A DNA stretch of 63,872 nt, the filler included, from Aduncisulcus paluster (lineage: Eukaryota): assembly GCA_024181965.1 (NCBI GenBank). It is 9 parts of 9 records of this genome, joined end to end, with 100 filler letters (N's around TTAATTAATTAA, not from the genome) between each part and the next. Parts side by side here need not be neighbours in the genome. Positions count along the whole stretch, not along the records: positions 37,503 to 47,681 come from BQXS01011262.1; positions 47,782 to 55,195 come from BQXS01011265.1; positions 55,296 to 61,281 come from BQXS01011266.1; 6 more parts are not named here. The stretch is one strand, 5' to 3'. Positions 46,409-59,206 of this stretch are shown here, one piece after another; within the stretch, counting starts at the first letter, position 1; every line of letters starts with the position of its first letter. The position numbers and the translations under genes were made by a program. The notes beneath the pieces are model-generated. The model was not told where the DNA came from, did not search any database, and was given only the letters and a program-made list of their open reading frames with translations.

Positions 46409-47681
46409 ATGGGGAAACGAAGATCATCTAGATCGCATTCAAATCAATCACAATCACCCAATCCAGTTGTTATTGTTGTTAAATGCCTCCAAATTAGTCT
46501 TGAAACTCTCTCGAAAGCTTTTAGAGATTTTGACAATCCCAGTGTTGTATTTGAAACGATTAGTGCTTTAGAATCTGAAAAAGAATCCAAAGAACTTTTC
46601 CCACAACTTATTTCAAAGATATCAAGCTGTGATTCCTGGGATGAAGTATTGTGCAAATTTGCGTCCAATCCATTTATAATTTCCCATATAATGTCATATG
46701 CTTTTAACAAGAAATTTACTTCAACTTTACCAAATTTCTTATTCAATTTCCAATTTGATACCCAACTAGGAGACACATTCGAATCATCTTTTTCTCATAT
46801 TTTTTTGCCATGTTATTATCATATTCATGCATTATCCCAAACTTATGGGTTCAATTTTTCACAAACTATGTTCCGATCCACTATTCCTGAACTTTCTGGA
46901 ACTTGGGCCGAACCTTCTCTGACCAAACTCTCAAATACTCCATATAAATATATTTTGAATCAATTACAATTAAATTGTGGCATTCGTCTTCAAAAATCTG
47001 AGAAATCTCTCTATACATTTGTTCTTCTTGCTCATAATCCCTCGTTAACCCCAATTAAATTTGAATCGAGATTTCTGGATTCATCTTTCCTCTCTTCCTC
47101 TTCTTCTCTCCATTCCTGCATCGAAGCGGTGGACGATCTCGAAGATGAGTTCTCTGAATATGACGAAGAAGAAAGCGAGATTGCCGGAAGAACAGATACT
47201 TCTCTTGGGGGGTTTATTATAGAAGACAGTGAAGAAGGTGAATCATTAGGCGAAGAATACGAGAGAATAGAAGAGGAGGAAGAGGATCTTGAATTTGAAG
47301 AAGAGGAAGAGGAAGAGGATGAAGAGGAAGAGGATGAAGAGGCGCTTGATTGGAGAAATGATGACGATAATGAATGGGTTGGAAGATCAAGGAAAAAGGA
47401 AAAAACCGCGAACAAAATTGAAAAAGTTAAACAAAAGAAATCGAAAGAAGAAAAAAAAGAAGAAGAAGAGGTAGAAAAGAGGAAAGAGAAGAGGAAAACA
47501 AAGAAGCTCCCTGAAACTCAAGAAGAATTCACGACTTCCAAGAAATCAACATCAAAGAAGGAGAAGAAACCAAAACGACGTAAAGACAAAAGAATTAAAA
47601 AAAGACAAGAAGAAAATGGAAAAGAGATTCATGATGTACCTGAAGAAGAAATTCGAAGGGAAGAAGAGGAATTGGAGGCTG
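46409..47681 (+). CDS. 3'-partial hypothetical protein with acidic then Lys-rich low-complexity region (probably nuclear)
   Basis: ATG at 46409 (MGKRRSSRSH); frame is open to the contig end. Confidence 0.7.
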
Positions 47682-47782
47682 NNNNNNNNNNNNNNNNNNN
47701 NNNNNNNNNNNNNNNNNNNNNNNNNTTAATTAATTAANNNNNNNNNNNNNNNNNNNNNNNNNNNNNNNNNNNNNNNNNNNNC

Positions 47783-49171
47783 AATGGAAATGTCCAACTG
47801 TGTGATTTTGGATTATCAAGGATCTTCGAGGATAAATCAGATCTAATTGAAGTCACTGATGTTGTCGGAAGTATTTATTCACTTGCTCCCGAGCAACTGA
47901 GACCTTCGACGGACGAGGAAGAATCTGAATCTCAGTCAAAAAGTCCCACAATGAGGTGTGTAAAGGGTCGTAAAGTTGATCTTTGGATGTGTGGATGTGT
48001 TCTGTATGCTCTGTTGATGAAGAAAAGACCGTTCCAACATGACACGACTGAAGAAGTCTTTGATCACATTCTCAAGGGAGATTATGATCCTCTCCCGGAT
48101 TCATTTTCAAGGGAAGTTCGTGACCTTCTCGGACTTCTTCTCCAAACAGATCCCTCTTTTCGACCTTACACCCACTCTCTCCTTTCTCACCCTTGGTTCA
48201 CACGGTACAAGCACAGCAAACCTTCCATCGCACGTGGTCGAATTGAACTTGAGGTATCTGAGATGCATTATCACCTGAGTTTAAAAGAGATTTGGCAGGA
48301 TGTACTTGCATTGTGCAAGAGTATGAATATTGACACTCAGCAACATACCAAAAAGTTCAGTGTTCTGTGTATTATGGGCGAAATGAAGTTTAAAGTGTTG
48401 TTTCAGAGGCGGAAGAGAGACATTTATGGTGTAAAGAAGAGAATTCAGCTTGCAAATCAGATTGAAGATTCAAGGGGATCCGATATGAGTCCATGTGATT
48501 CCAAAGGATCGAATGACAAGGAATATTCGGCATTCACAAGCCACTCTTCAGCTCAATCTGGCACGGAAAGTCCAAGAAAGGGTGTTCTGACATTGGAATT
48601 TTACTTAAAATGTGGATTTCAATGGGAGTTTCAACGTATTTTCCGAATGTTTAAATTTAGATTTATGAAGAAACTGAAGAAATCTGGGCTTCGAAAGAAA
48701 GAAAGGGCATTGAAAACTAAGAGGCTTGCGATTGAAATGTCAACAGCTTCTCCAGTCGTAGATAAGGTTGTGAGCCATGGCAAGAAGACTACCAAAACAA
48801 TCCAACAATCCATCATTCCTGCTATTCCTTCACATTTAAGGGTTGCTGAAGGTGCAATTTCAACCACAACATCTCCTCAGCCAAGCCTTTCAGAGTATTC
48901 TGGAGCTTCTTCGATCATTCCGACTATTTCTGATTATTCTGTAAAAGTTGAAATTCCGGCTATGCAAGAAGAGGAAGAGGAAGAAGAAGAGAAATCCGGA
49001 GCTGTGGCATCACCGTCTCTGATTCGAAAGGATGAGATGCCTATCTCCAAAAGCCATAAGGTTTTTACTCCTGGTATGTCAGCCGTATCAATACCTCACA
49101 AACGTCATATCATCAAACCATCCGCTCTGGATAAAAGTTACATTGAAACGAGTGAAGATCCCCCTGTTTAG
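47783..49171 (+). CDS. 5'-partial SNF1/CIPK-like (CAMK group) Ser/Thr kinase with KA1-like C-terminal domain
   Basis: In-frame NGNVQLCDFGLSR...VGSIYSLAPEQ upstream of the listed ORF; KVDLWMCGCVLYALL..RPF; LEFYLKCGFQWEFQRIF. Confidence 0.8.
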   Translation, partial: NGNVQLCDFGLSRIFEDKSDLIEVTDVVGSIYSLAPEQLRPSTDEEESESQSKSPTMRCVKGRKVDLWMCGCVLYALLMKKRPFQHDTTEEVFDHILKGDYDPLPDSFSREVRDLLGLLLQTDPSFRPYTHSLLSHPWFTRYKHSKPSIARGRIELEVSEMHYHLSLKEIWQDVLALCKSMNIDTQQHTKKFSVLCIMGEMKFKVLFQRRKRDIYGVKKRIQLANQIEDSRGSDMSPCDSKGSNDKEYSAFTSHSSAQSGTESPRKGVLTLEFYLKCGFQWEFQRIFRMFKFRFMKKLKKSGLRKKERALKTKRLAIEMSTASPVVDKVVSHGKKTTKTIQQSIIPAIPSHLRVAEGAISTTTSPQPSLSEYSGASSIIPTISDYSVKVEIPAMQEEEEEEEEKSGAVASPSLIRKDEMPISKSHKVFTPGMSAVSIPHKRHIIKPSALDKSYIETSEDPPV

Positions 49172-50076
49172 TTTGTTTTAATTTAATTTATATATAATTT
49201 ATTGACGTTATTCGGTTTAATTTTTAAGAAATCTCTATTATATTGCTTTAAAGCCCTCAATAAAGTGTCTCCCTTTCAAGCGTTGTATTGCAAATATCTG
49301 AGCTCATAATGGCATGAAAATATTTTATTGAGATGTATCTTTGTGGGATATGGTTGCTAAATATTGGAGCTTCCAAAATATCAGGCTTGGATAAGAAATC
49401 TATCATCAGACCCTGGTTGTATCACATTATTTTTCTTTGACATGGTTGGAATTTAAATTTATCATCAATTATTATGAAAATGAAAATATAATATTTAAAT
49501 TGAATCTCAACTCCAAAATAATTTCATTTGTAGGTATTGGCAAATCTGTTTTGTTCTGAGTTATATTTATATATTTATCATGATATAAGGTGATTCTTTT
49601 TGAATAATCTGGCTCGAAAGATAAATTATCTATGTGTGATTCATCAATAGGGATTACCATCAGCAATCCCCAATGAAAATGTACTCAAGGATAATATTTA
49701 CTGAAATATAGATTCAATGAATCATATTCGTACCCTTGAAGATTAACTTTGGCTCAATTATCATGCGAAAAGACTCGTCCATGTGCTTTCTTCAAATGAA
49801 GAAGAAAATGACACAATCGCTAAAATAATAAGAATCTACTCTTCAAAAGACGAATAATATCAATCGAAATTGGTGTCAAAATATATTAATTCCTAAATAA
49901 AAACGAGATTTTTCACCTTTTTTTTTTCTCTCTTGTTGAATGTTCCTAAATCAAAAAGAGACAAAATCTATTATTGGTGAATATAAAAAATTGTAACACC
50001 ATCAAAAAGGTGTTATAAAATCTAATGAATATAAACATTTACAAATTCTACATTATTGACTATCAAAAATAGATTT

Positions 50077-53000
50077 CTATCCAGACAATCCCATTTGAAA
50101 TTCATCAAAATTGATATTTTTAGGTTTTGCTCGAGATGAGAAAGTTGACTTTTCATGTGGGTAACCCTTTTGTTTTCTGCCTGTTGTTCCTCGATATGGC
50201 ACTGTCGATATTTCTGGAAGGGATGATTTCAAAAGACCAGATTTCTGGCCAATGATATCATAAGGGGATGATTGTCGGCTTGAAAAAACGGAAGAACTGG
50301 GTGCCTGATTATCTTCATCTTTACCAAACAGCCTATGACGAATTGCAGAGTCAACTTTGGCTGGCTCAGATACGACACCAGGGCTCATTCCGACAGAAAA
50401 TATGCTACTTTCTGCTTCATCTTCATCGTATTGGGCTAAACTGAGTTGTATTTCAGCATTACCAGCGTGGAAAGCGACATGTTGATCCGAAGGATTAGTA
50501 TCAGAGTACGAGTGAGCTGTAATCGGATGTGACATGTGATGGATGGCAGACTTTGGTTGTAATACAGGGTTTGGAGTATGAGTGTGCAATAAATGTTTGC
50601 CAGCATGAGATGTCTTGGATTCTTCTTCTTCCTCAATTTCAAGTCTCTCTTCATCTTTTCCTGGTTCAATTTCTTCCTCTTCCTCTTCTTCCTCTTCAAA
50701 TTCAATTTTCTCCCGGTGATCAGCAATCCTTCTTTCAACTTCTACAGCTGTCCTTCTTTCCTCCTCCTCTTCTTTTTTGTGCTCACGATTGTCAGGATAC
50801 TCTTCAATTTCTTCACTTCCTCTTTCTTGCACTTCCTGATCTTCTTGATCTCTTTTCCTGTCCCGGCGACTAACCTCAGCCAAGAGTTGTTTTAAACCAT
50901 GTGTGTTGAGAAGGCGACTAAGTGAAACCGACGACATTGAAGAACTCCGACGTCTATTCCTCTTTGATTTGTGTGAATGAGAGGGTTTTGAGTTAGATGG
51001 GGTGCCAGCACTACTCAGATCATCGCCAACACTGAAATGGGAAGAAGATTCGACTGAAACTGAACTTCTACGATCACAACTTTCACGTTCATCCTGTCTC
51101 TCTCTCTCTCATCATATCTCTCTCTTCTCCTCTCAAAGCTCCGCTCTCTATCTCGGAGATCAGTCTTCCGTTTCATAGGAAATAAATCCCGATCAGGGGA
51201 AAGCAAAACTCTTGCCAACGGAGGTAGTTTACCATTACATTCAGATTTCATGGAACGAGTTTCACTTGCTGAAAACAACTCTCGATCATCATATTCCCTA
51301 TCTCTTCCGACTTTCGACTCAGCCACGGGGCTTGAGACATTCCAATCTTCCCACATTGCACCTAAAAATAGCATATCGATCGAAGGAGATGTTGAATCAG
51401 ACGGAACTGAGGTGGTTGTTGGAGGAAGCAGGGTTGTAGGTGGATTGCTGGTCATTCCAGTGAACGGAGTTGACTGGATTCCAGTCAAGGTCGTGGCAGG
51501 ATTGAATCCCTGCGTTCGAGAGAATTGGTATGTTTGATCATGAATGGTGCTTCGGGGCTCAGCGTAGAAAGATGGCATTGTGGCCGTCCCTGGGGTTGAG
51601 ATAAAGGGAGTTGCTAATGATCGATTGACGGGGTGAATTGTAGACACGGGGAAATGTTGATCGAGAGTACCAGTGCCAAGAGTTGAGGAAAGTGGAGGAA
51701 GAAGGGAAGAAGGTGGAGGCTGAATGGTGTCTGTCAACGATATAGTACGTTGGAGACGGGAAGAGTGCCGTGATTGGACAGAAACCTGCTTCTTCCTTGC
51801 GAGCATACTCTCACAAACCTTATTGATGGTCGTTTCAAGGAGAGAATGGTGCAACAAAAAGACCTGTTGAATTGCGGTATAAACAATGTCATTGGTAATG
51901 AATTGAGGAACGTCACGAGCAGAAAAAAAGACTTTTGGAGAGATTGCTTCAGACAAACTTTCTTTTGATTGACTAATTTTCAATCCCTTTTTCGCTCTCG
52001 GGACACCATCAAGCTTCTTCTTATCGCTGGATTCTATATCTTTTGGCTCATCTTTGAGGCTCTTGAGAGAAGAGCTCGTCGAGATACCAACCTTGATGGT
52101 TGCTCTACGTGGACTAATACTGGAAGAAACATCACGTCCATCTTCTCCATCTCCACGCTTTTGACGCCGTTTCATCTCATTATTGACAAGCATACGGATT
52201 GTATTCATGGCTTTGCATTGCTTATGTGACATGCGTCGATACACGGATGATGCATGGAGAATTGCTGGATATTGTCTTAGAGAGGGGCCGCCTCGGGTCT
52301 TTTCGGACTGTTCTTTGGCCATTTCAGCTTCTTGTTTATCCCGTAGTACTCTGGCCGTCTCTTTTATACTCACAGAGGGCACTTCTTCACACCATTCCAT
52401 CCATCCAATGTACATCAAAATGGAGCAAAACAAATGGGTAGGATCAGAGACTATGGGTTTTAGGAGATGAATACTGGAATGGCAGAGAAGGAAATGGTAA
52501 AGGATGAAGATTGAGTCTATATCTTTCCTTGATTTCGAATCATGTTTCAGAGCGCTTCCAGAGTCTTTTTCTGACGACAAACGGTTCCTTTTCATGTCAA
52601 GAGAATGTCCAATAAAACCATTACATATCAGTTCGATCACAACGGACACAGATATGGACCACAGGCATGGGGTTGAAAAAGATGAAAGAGAAGAGAGTAG
52701 CGAAGATAAATAGGGGAAAACTGATGATGACGATGACTTTACATATGATTTAATAAAAGATTTCACGTTATCCTGGATTGTATTGATGGTTGCAGACAAA
52801 ATATGCTCCAGACGAGTAACAGACGAGGAAATGTTTTCAAAAGTTATATTATTCTGTGCAAAATATTTTTTTAGCATTTGATATGGTACAATACCATCAG
52901 TAGCTCCAATATTGATGACAAATTCAGCTGTTTGGGGATAAAATTTGTCGGCTGATAAGCTAGGAAGATCCCTTGGTTCCAATAGGGCCAACATTAAAAA

Positions 53001-53450
53001 CATAAGTTGATCTTGGGTCAAAATGCCCTGTTCTGTGCTGTCAAGTAGAAAAATCAATTTGTTAACTCCTTCTAACCATTCTTGAGTTACTATGGAAGGA
53101 AAATCGGAAAGAAGTTGATTATCATATATTTGATCTAGATATTTAAGGATAAAGTATGTTTCATCTTCGGTAAATACTGAAAATATTTCACAAAATCGGT
53201 CGAAATCGCATAATTTCGAAGATTGTGAATCTTGGAATGCGTCTCTAACAGAATGACACCATTCAAAATATAAAATACGGAATTCGTCTTCGGAAATTTT
53301 GCCCTGGACTAGCAAAAAGAACACGTCCAGAGACTGGGTGACAGCATCTTCAGTTATCTTGGGTGATACAGCGGGAGAGGAAGAAATAAAATAAAAAAGG
53401 GCTTTGCAATACTGCCGCCATTTGAAAGGGGGAAGAGCCGAACTTTTCAT
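50077..53450 (-). CDS. Large hypothetical protein, possible degenerate EF-hand near N-terminus (about 1123 aa after fixing frameshift in the (TC)7 run at 51097-51110)
   Basis: Deleting one dinucleotide unit reads ERERQDERESCDRRSS...RRSSSMSSV directly into the 50077..50937 ORF. LLDSTEQGILTQDQL is EF-loop-like. Confidence 0.7.
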
Positions 53451-53641
53451 GTTTCAAAAAGGGAAGATAGGAGGGACGAAACTTTCAACTTTTCCAAGGA
53501 AGATAAAATTGAAAATGAAGGAGAATTTTTTGATTCAATTTTGTCATTAATTAAATGTTTAGAAATTTTTTGCGATCTTGAAGATATAATAATGAAAAAA
53601 AAAAAAAGAAAAAAAAAGCCCATTTTCTTTGACCAGCCCAC

Positions 53642-55195
53642 ATGGCGAAGGATAAATATGGTTATAATATCCCTGTGGGTATAAGTCGACAATTTTCTGC
53701 ATTAATGAAGAAGGAAGTTGCTCTTCTTACCAGGAACTGTTGCTTCATAGTGTGGGAACTTATTATACCCATTGTACTCATTTTTTTCGTGGGATTGATC
53801 ACTGTTCTTATTAAAGGTCAAGATTCTCCTCCTCAGCCCGCTCATATTGTAACTTCAGATGAGGCCAAGCTTTTACCATATTCTGCCGCCAGTGGAGGTG
53901 GACAAGATGTTATTACATTGATGAATTTTACATATCCATCTAATCCTAGTGATGATCTTATCACTGACATTGGATATTTACCTACCACAGACATTACTTT
54001 CTCTAGTTCCACTGATTATGGTATGCTTGGAACTTTAGGGCTTGGAGTGAACTCAAGTGGAGATGACACAAGCATTGATCCTCCATATTTAAGATGGCAA
54101 GATACCAGTAGTACCGATGTTTCTGATCCCGCTGAAACTGCCTATTTCCCGAGCTTTTCTCAAGGTTCTTCTTCATCAACGGCGGATGATTATGACGCTT
54201 GGTTATATGATAGAATTCAATATTTGCAAGAAGACAATAATTGGAGTTCTGATGATCTTCCTTTCCTGATGCCCAGTGCTGTCTTTGACATATTCCAGTA
54301 TAATAAGAAAGAATATATATGTACAAGTGATCATCTATTCAAGGGAACCAAAGATTTATACCTCCCAACCCTTGGGTATGCCTTGCAACTTGATAATGAT
54401 CAAGAAGTATCTCCTGGTCATACCAATGCCCCTGTCCGTATTTTGGACCACATGAACTATATTTTTATGGCTCAGATGCGTTTCAACTCCACTGAAGTGA
54501 ATGATCCCTTCTCCATCGACTGTTCTAAACAAGGTATGTCATACATGGACTACTCGACCAACAATGCTTCCACTGTTCCTGAAAAGATTGGAATGTTCCT
54601 GTATCCTGTTGCTCTGTCACTCATGTTCCCTGCACTCACCCATGGAATGGTCGAGGAAAGAGGTACAGAGATCCGTCAGTTCATGCAGATGATGGGACTC
54701 AAGAGCACGACATATGTTGTTGTCATGGGTATCATCCAGCTCTGTGTGTGTGTATTCGTGTCTCTTGTTGTCATTGCATTCGGTGCCATGTGGACGATCG
54801 ACTTTTTCATCGAGACATCCTTCCTTGGATACTTCCTCCTGTTTATCGTTTACTCATACTGTCAGGTTGCCACGGCTTACTTCGTTGCTGCCTTCTTCTC
54901 CTCTCCTGGACTCGCCGCTGTCATCGCTTACGGTGTGGCTCTTGCCAACTACATCATCTATCAGGCCTCCGAGGAGATTGCCGGAAGTGTGGATGCCATG
55001 GGTGCTGCCTGGAACATCAACCCTCATTGGGCTGCCTACAAGGTCTTCAACATGTTCTCTCTCACTCTCATTGACGATGACAATCCTCACGGTATCACCA
55101 CATCTGAGCTGTTCCACGGTGAAGGTTCTGCCATGTGGGGTCGTCTTGGATGCTGTCTTCTTGGGTCCATTGTTCTCCATATCCTTGGTATGTAC
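53642..55195 (+). CDS. ABCA-family transporter, N-terminal membrane domain (3'-partial)
   Basis: RQFSALMKKEVALLTRN...ELIIP and MVEERGTEIRQFMQMMGL are ABCA hallmarks; followed by TM helices with AFFSSP. Confidence 0.85.
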
Positions 55196-55295
55196 NNNNN
55201 NNNNNNNNNNNNNNNNNNNNNNNNNNNNNNNNNNNNNNNTTAATTAATTAANNNNNNNNNNNNNNNNNNNNNNNNNNNNNNNNNNNNNNNNNNNN

Positions 55296-55568
55296 AGATA
55301 AAATCTCAATTGCTTGCGCAAACGTGCCAATTCCGAAGTAACCATTGACCTTCTTAATAAAAGCTGTCCTAGCTTGGGCTGTATCCAACCCAGCAGTATG
55401 ATCCGTAACCAAAAGCAATAGGTCCTTTACCTCAGGATCTATCGTCTCAACAAGAGTAGACTTTCCACCTTTAGCTTTGTATCGTTGGTACTCCAGCTTA
55501 TGTTTAAACCAACTATCACGTTCCAAAATAGAAAATATTGGAACATCTTTAATCGGTAATTCACTCAT
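55296..55568 (-). mobile_element. Gag-like N-terminus of a probable LTR retrotransposon (truncated by contig end)
   Basis: DVPIFS...EYQRYKAKGGKSTLVETIDPEV; same pattern as the 7985 ORF and also at a contig break. Confidence 0.45.
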
Positions 55569-56312
55569 CGTTCACAATAGATAACCAAATATAAATAGTA
55601 GTCGACTAATTTTTTAACACAATTTCGTTGTTTTAATAATAATATCAAGAGATTTCCCAAGAAATATTAATATTTGTGGTCAAACTCAGATAACCTAAAT
55701 AAAAGAATACAATTAAAACTTTTGTGGGCACCAAACTTTACTAGAAAACATAACAATGAATAAAAACACTTAGTATTTACAAGGTTCGCCCTTAAATCAT
55801 AAAAGTTCGTAAAACAATAAAACAAAATAAAATTAATGAGAAAACACCAAGGAAATAAATAAACGGAGTTACAAAACACGCATGGTGTCATATCAGACCA
55901 CCACAGGCGTTCCATGAAGCCCCAAAAAAACATTCCATCTAATATTATCCATGGATGATCAATATTATGAATAAACGTAAATATTATCAATAATCACCTT
56001 CTTTATCATAAAAAAATTCTAAATATCAACAAAAAATTCTCAAAAATTTCGCAATTTCATCCTAAACAAATCATCAATATTTCTAATGGATGTAGTGAAA
56101 CAAAATAACAACAAAACCATCCAAATGAGATAGTAAAAGATAAATCACTTGTTTTAAAACACCTTCGAAAATTCTTGTTCTAAAAATAGATTTTCTAAAA
56201 ATAGATTTTTACATACAACTAAACTTGAATTATCTTTCATCCATGCTAAATGAGAAAGAAACACAAAAATTGAGCAAAATAACGATCCTCAATATATATA
56301 AACTATCTCATC

Positions 56313-57944
56313 TCATTTTCTTATTTTCCCATTCATTTTACCAACAAATACCACTTTAAAAACGCATCCGATTGTTCTGACAATGTTAAAGATTGCCAAT
56401 GCAATTAATACACTTAGAAGAGTATAGTGAGTAAAGATACAATAGATGCCAAAAGGAATATAGGAAGTGAGAAAAGCAATAATGTAAATATTTCGAACGA
56501 ACGCAAAGTCTCCAGTCGCATACACAAGCCCATCCCCAACGAAACACAGTCCATTAAAAGGTTGCATAATTGCAATGAGATTAAAAGCGCTCAATGTACA
56601 TGAAATGACATCCTCATCATTCGTGAACAAAGATATTATCCACCGAGATGCAGAAAGAAATACAAGCAGAGCAATAACACCAATCCCAACCCCACAGCCA
56701 ATAATTTTAAGAGAGAGAGAGAAATAATGCAGTCTCATATTTCGTTGAATAGATGTCGAAGAGGGGCTCAAAGATTCAAGAAGAGCAGCGGAATCTGTTG
56801 GATGGGACAAATGAGCATCTTCTTCAATCGGAGTAGAAATATCAGCCACCGATTGGACCGATCTATTTTGAGATGAAGTCATTGTTTCTATCATTCCAAG
56901 AATTCGGCTTCCATTCATATTCCCAATAACAGCAAACCCATCTGTGATGTAAGAAACAAGCATCCATAACTGAAATAATATCTGATAAGCAGCCATATAG
57001 TCATTTCCGAGACGCGAGGCAAGGATATTGGAGAGAAATACAGCAGTTTGAAGGAAAACAGCCCGAATAAAGAGATTGATGGATTCTTTAAAGAACATTA
57101 TAATCACTGTCATGGTATTGTCCGATTGAGATTGCTTATTGTGTTGCTTGATGTCTTCAAGGATGGAAGGGTCTTTCACAGACATATCATCCGACGCTTG
57201 ACACCTCCCATCAACATCCTCTTCTCGTTCTTTTTCCTCATGTTCCTCCATTCCATCTTGTTCCAATATTTCAAGTTCCTTTTTAATGAATATACGAATA
57301 GTACTAAGCCCATAAATATCAGCGAAGATAAAACAGCAGACATAAACGATAGCAACACCATAAAGCCTTGTAACATCAATAGAAACAGATATAAGAACAC
57401 CGAATATATAAATTATACTTTGAATAAATTGATTAATTAACGTAAAATACACTTTTCTAAATCCGTTGAATATACCATTACAACAACAAAAGACAAGATA
57501 AAAAGGAGCATTAAATGCTGCAATAAGAAAAAATGGTTGTCCTCTGGCCTTTGTTTCATCATCAACATCACCCATCAGAAAGATCAAAGGGCACAAAAGA
57601 GAAAGAATAATTGACATAATTCCACCGAGAATAAGAGCAGTAATTAAACCAACTTTTATCCTTTTTTTAACTTCAATTGTCCGTTTTCTGGATAAAGCAG
57701 CAGATATTGAGCTTGTAACACCATCCAAAAGGAAAATACTGATCCATTGAACTGAATTGATCGTATTAAGGGACAAAGAAAAGGCAGCAAGAGAGATAGT
57801 ATCTCGAGAACCAATAAAAGATGTTACTAACATATTGGTAATGGGAACTAGTAAAGTTTGGAAAAATAGTGGAGGCAATTTAGAAAAAATTGCTCCAAAT
57901 GATGCCAAAGACAGTTCAATGTTGCTATTAGTTTCTTCGGACAT
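56313..57944 (-). CDS. MATE-family efflux transporter
   Basis: About 12 TM segments in two halves; TSFIG...SLAA, NGIFNGFRK, ASRLGNDYMAAYQI..QLW...SYITDGFA, QPFNGLCFVGDG. Confidence 0.9.
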   Translation of the reverse strand: MSEETNSNIELSLASFGAIFSKLPPLFFQTLLVPITNMLVTSFIGSRDTISLAAFSLSLNTINSVQWISIFLLDGVTSSISAALSRKRTIEVKKRIKVGLITALILGGIMSIILSLLCPLIFLMGDVDDETKARGQPFFLIAAFNAPFYLVFCCCNGIFNGFRKVYFTLINQFIQSIIYIFGVLISVSIDVTRLYGVAIVYVCCFIFADIYGLSTIRIFIKKELEILEQDGMEEHEEKEREEDVDGRCQASDDMSVKDPSILEDIKQHNKQSQSDNTMTVIIMFFKESINLFIRAVFLQTAVFLSNILASRLGNDYMAAYQILFQLWMLVSYITDGFAVIGNMNGSRILGMIETMTSSQNRSVQSVADISTPIEEDAHLSHPTDSAALLESLSPSSTSIQRNMRLHYFSLSLKIIGCGVGIGVIALLVFLSASRWIISLFTNDEDVISCTLSAFNLIAIMQPFNGLCFVGDGLVYATGDFAFVRNIYIIAFLTSYIPFGIYCIFTHYTLLSVLIALAIFNIVRTIGCVFKVVFVGKMNGKIRK

Positions 57945-58303
57945 AATTTAAAGTTAACCAGCACGTGTTGAACAGCAGGAAATAGCGTGAATCATCTAAT
58001 CAAGCAGTTTTAGTGGACAATCGTAATATATCTCCTGAATAACATCTGATTATGGAAAAATTAATGCATTGACCTTATTTCAAAAAGTGAGAAATTGATG
58101 AGTTTCATCACAAACAGTGTCAAACAGTGCTCGAAACATTCAGCACCAGGCTTGGTTCAATATTGGAAAAGAAAAATGATATTGTGAATATTTTATCCCT
58201 GAATTTACCAAAATTATATTAATATGATATCTCCAAACTTAAAGCGCCGGGTAGCACAAAAAGTGTTTTTTGCATTTTTTTTTGCACATTTGACAAAACC
58301 ACT

Positions 58304-58813
58304 ATGCCTATTCCAGAAGAACTCAAAGATCCTGAACTTATTCAACAAGTTAACATCGCTTTTGACGAAGCTGATACCGATGGAAGTGGAACTATTGATG
58401 TTGATGAACTTGAGACCTTGAAGACCGCTCTTGATATAAAAGATGATCAATTTGATGTTCTTATTGGCTGGATCAAACATTTTGATCGCGATGGAAACGG
58501 AAAATTCGACCGTGAAGAGTTGTTGGAAATTGTTGTGATTTTCACCATTTTCACAATGCTCCCTGAACTCGCTGAGAAGGGAGACATGGAACATTTCGAT
58601 GCTCTTGCCGATATGCTTTTCTCCATCCTTGATGCTGACCATTCTGGTTCATTGGACAAAGACGAGATATCTTTCCTTCTTACAACAATGAGCTCATGCA
58701 TTGGTGAGACACCCGATGAAATGTTTGCTTGTATCGATAGAGATAGTAGTGGTATGGTCGATAGAAGTGAATTCCTCGATTTAATGAGAGTCTTGTTGGG
58801 ACCTTCTGTATAA
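58304..58813 (+). CDS. Calmodulin-like four-EF-hand protein
   Basis: EF loops DTDGSGTIDVDE, DRDGNGKFDREE, DADHSGSLDKDE, DRDSSGMVDRSE. Confidence 0.92.
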   Translation: MPIPEELKDPELIQQVNIAFDEADTDGSGTIDVDELETLKTALDIKDDQFDVLIGWIKHFDRDGNGKFDREELLEIVVIFTIFTMLPELAEKGDMEHFDALADMLFSILDADHSGSLDKDEISFLLTTMSSCIGETPDEMFACIDRDSSGMVDRSEFLDLMRVLLGPSV

Positions 58814-59206
58814 TCACCAATTTCGTTTGTTGTATTGTGATTTCTCCTCCTATTTTAATTAGTAAACACATCTATTTAATATTTTGAAGTTATTTTATTT
58901 TATCACGACCTTTTTTCGAAATGCGCTCACNNNNNNNNNNNNNNNNNNNNCCTTCTTACAACAATGAGCTCATGCATTGGTGAGACACCCGATGAAATGT
59001 TTGCTTGTATCGATAGAGATAGTAGTGGTATGGTCGATAGAAGTGAATTCCTCGATTTAATGAGAGTCTTGTTGGGACCTTCTGTATAATCACCAATTTC
59101 GTTTGTTGTATTGTGATTTCTCCTCCTATTTTAATTAGTAAACACATCTATTTAATATTTTGAAGTTATTTTATTTTATCACGACCTTTTTTCGAAATGC
59201 GCTCAC
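58675..59206. other. Assembly overlap duplicated around a 20-N gap (58675-58930 = 58951-59206)
   Basis: 256-bp direct repeat flanking the N gap. Confidence 0.9.

Noticed and set aside
58951-59088. Second copy of the EF-hand gene 3' end as a tandem duplication
   Set aside because: Exact overlap flanking a 20-N gap, like four other cases; assembly artefact.
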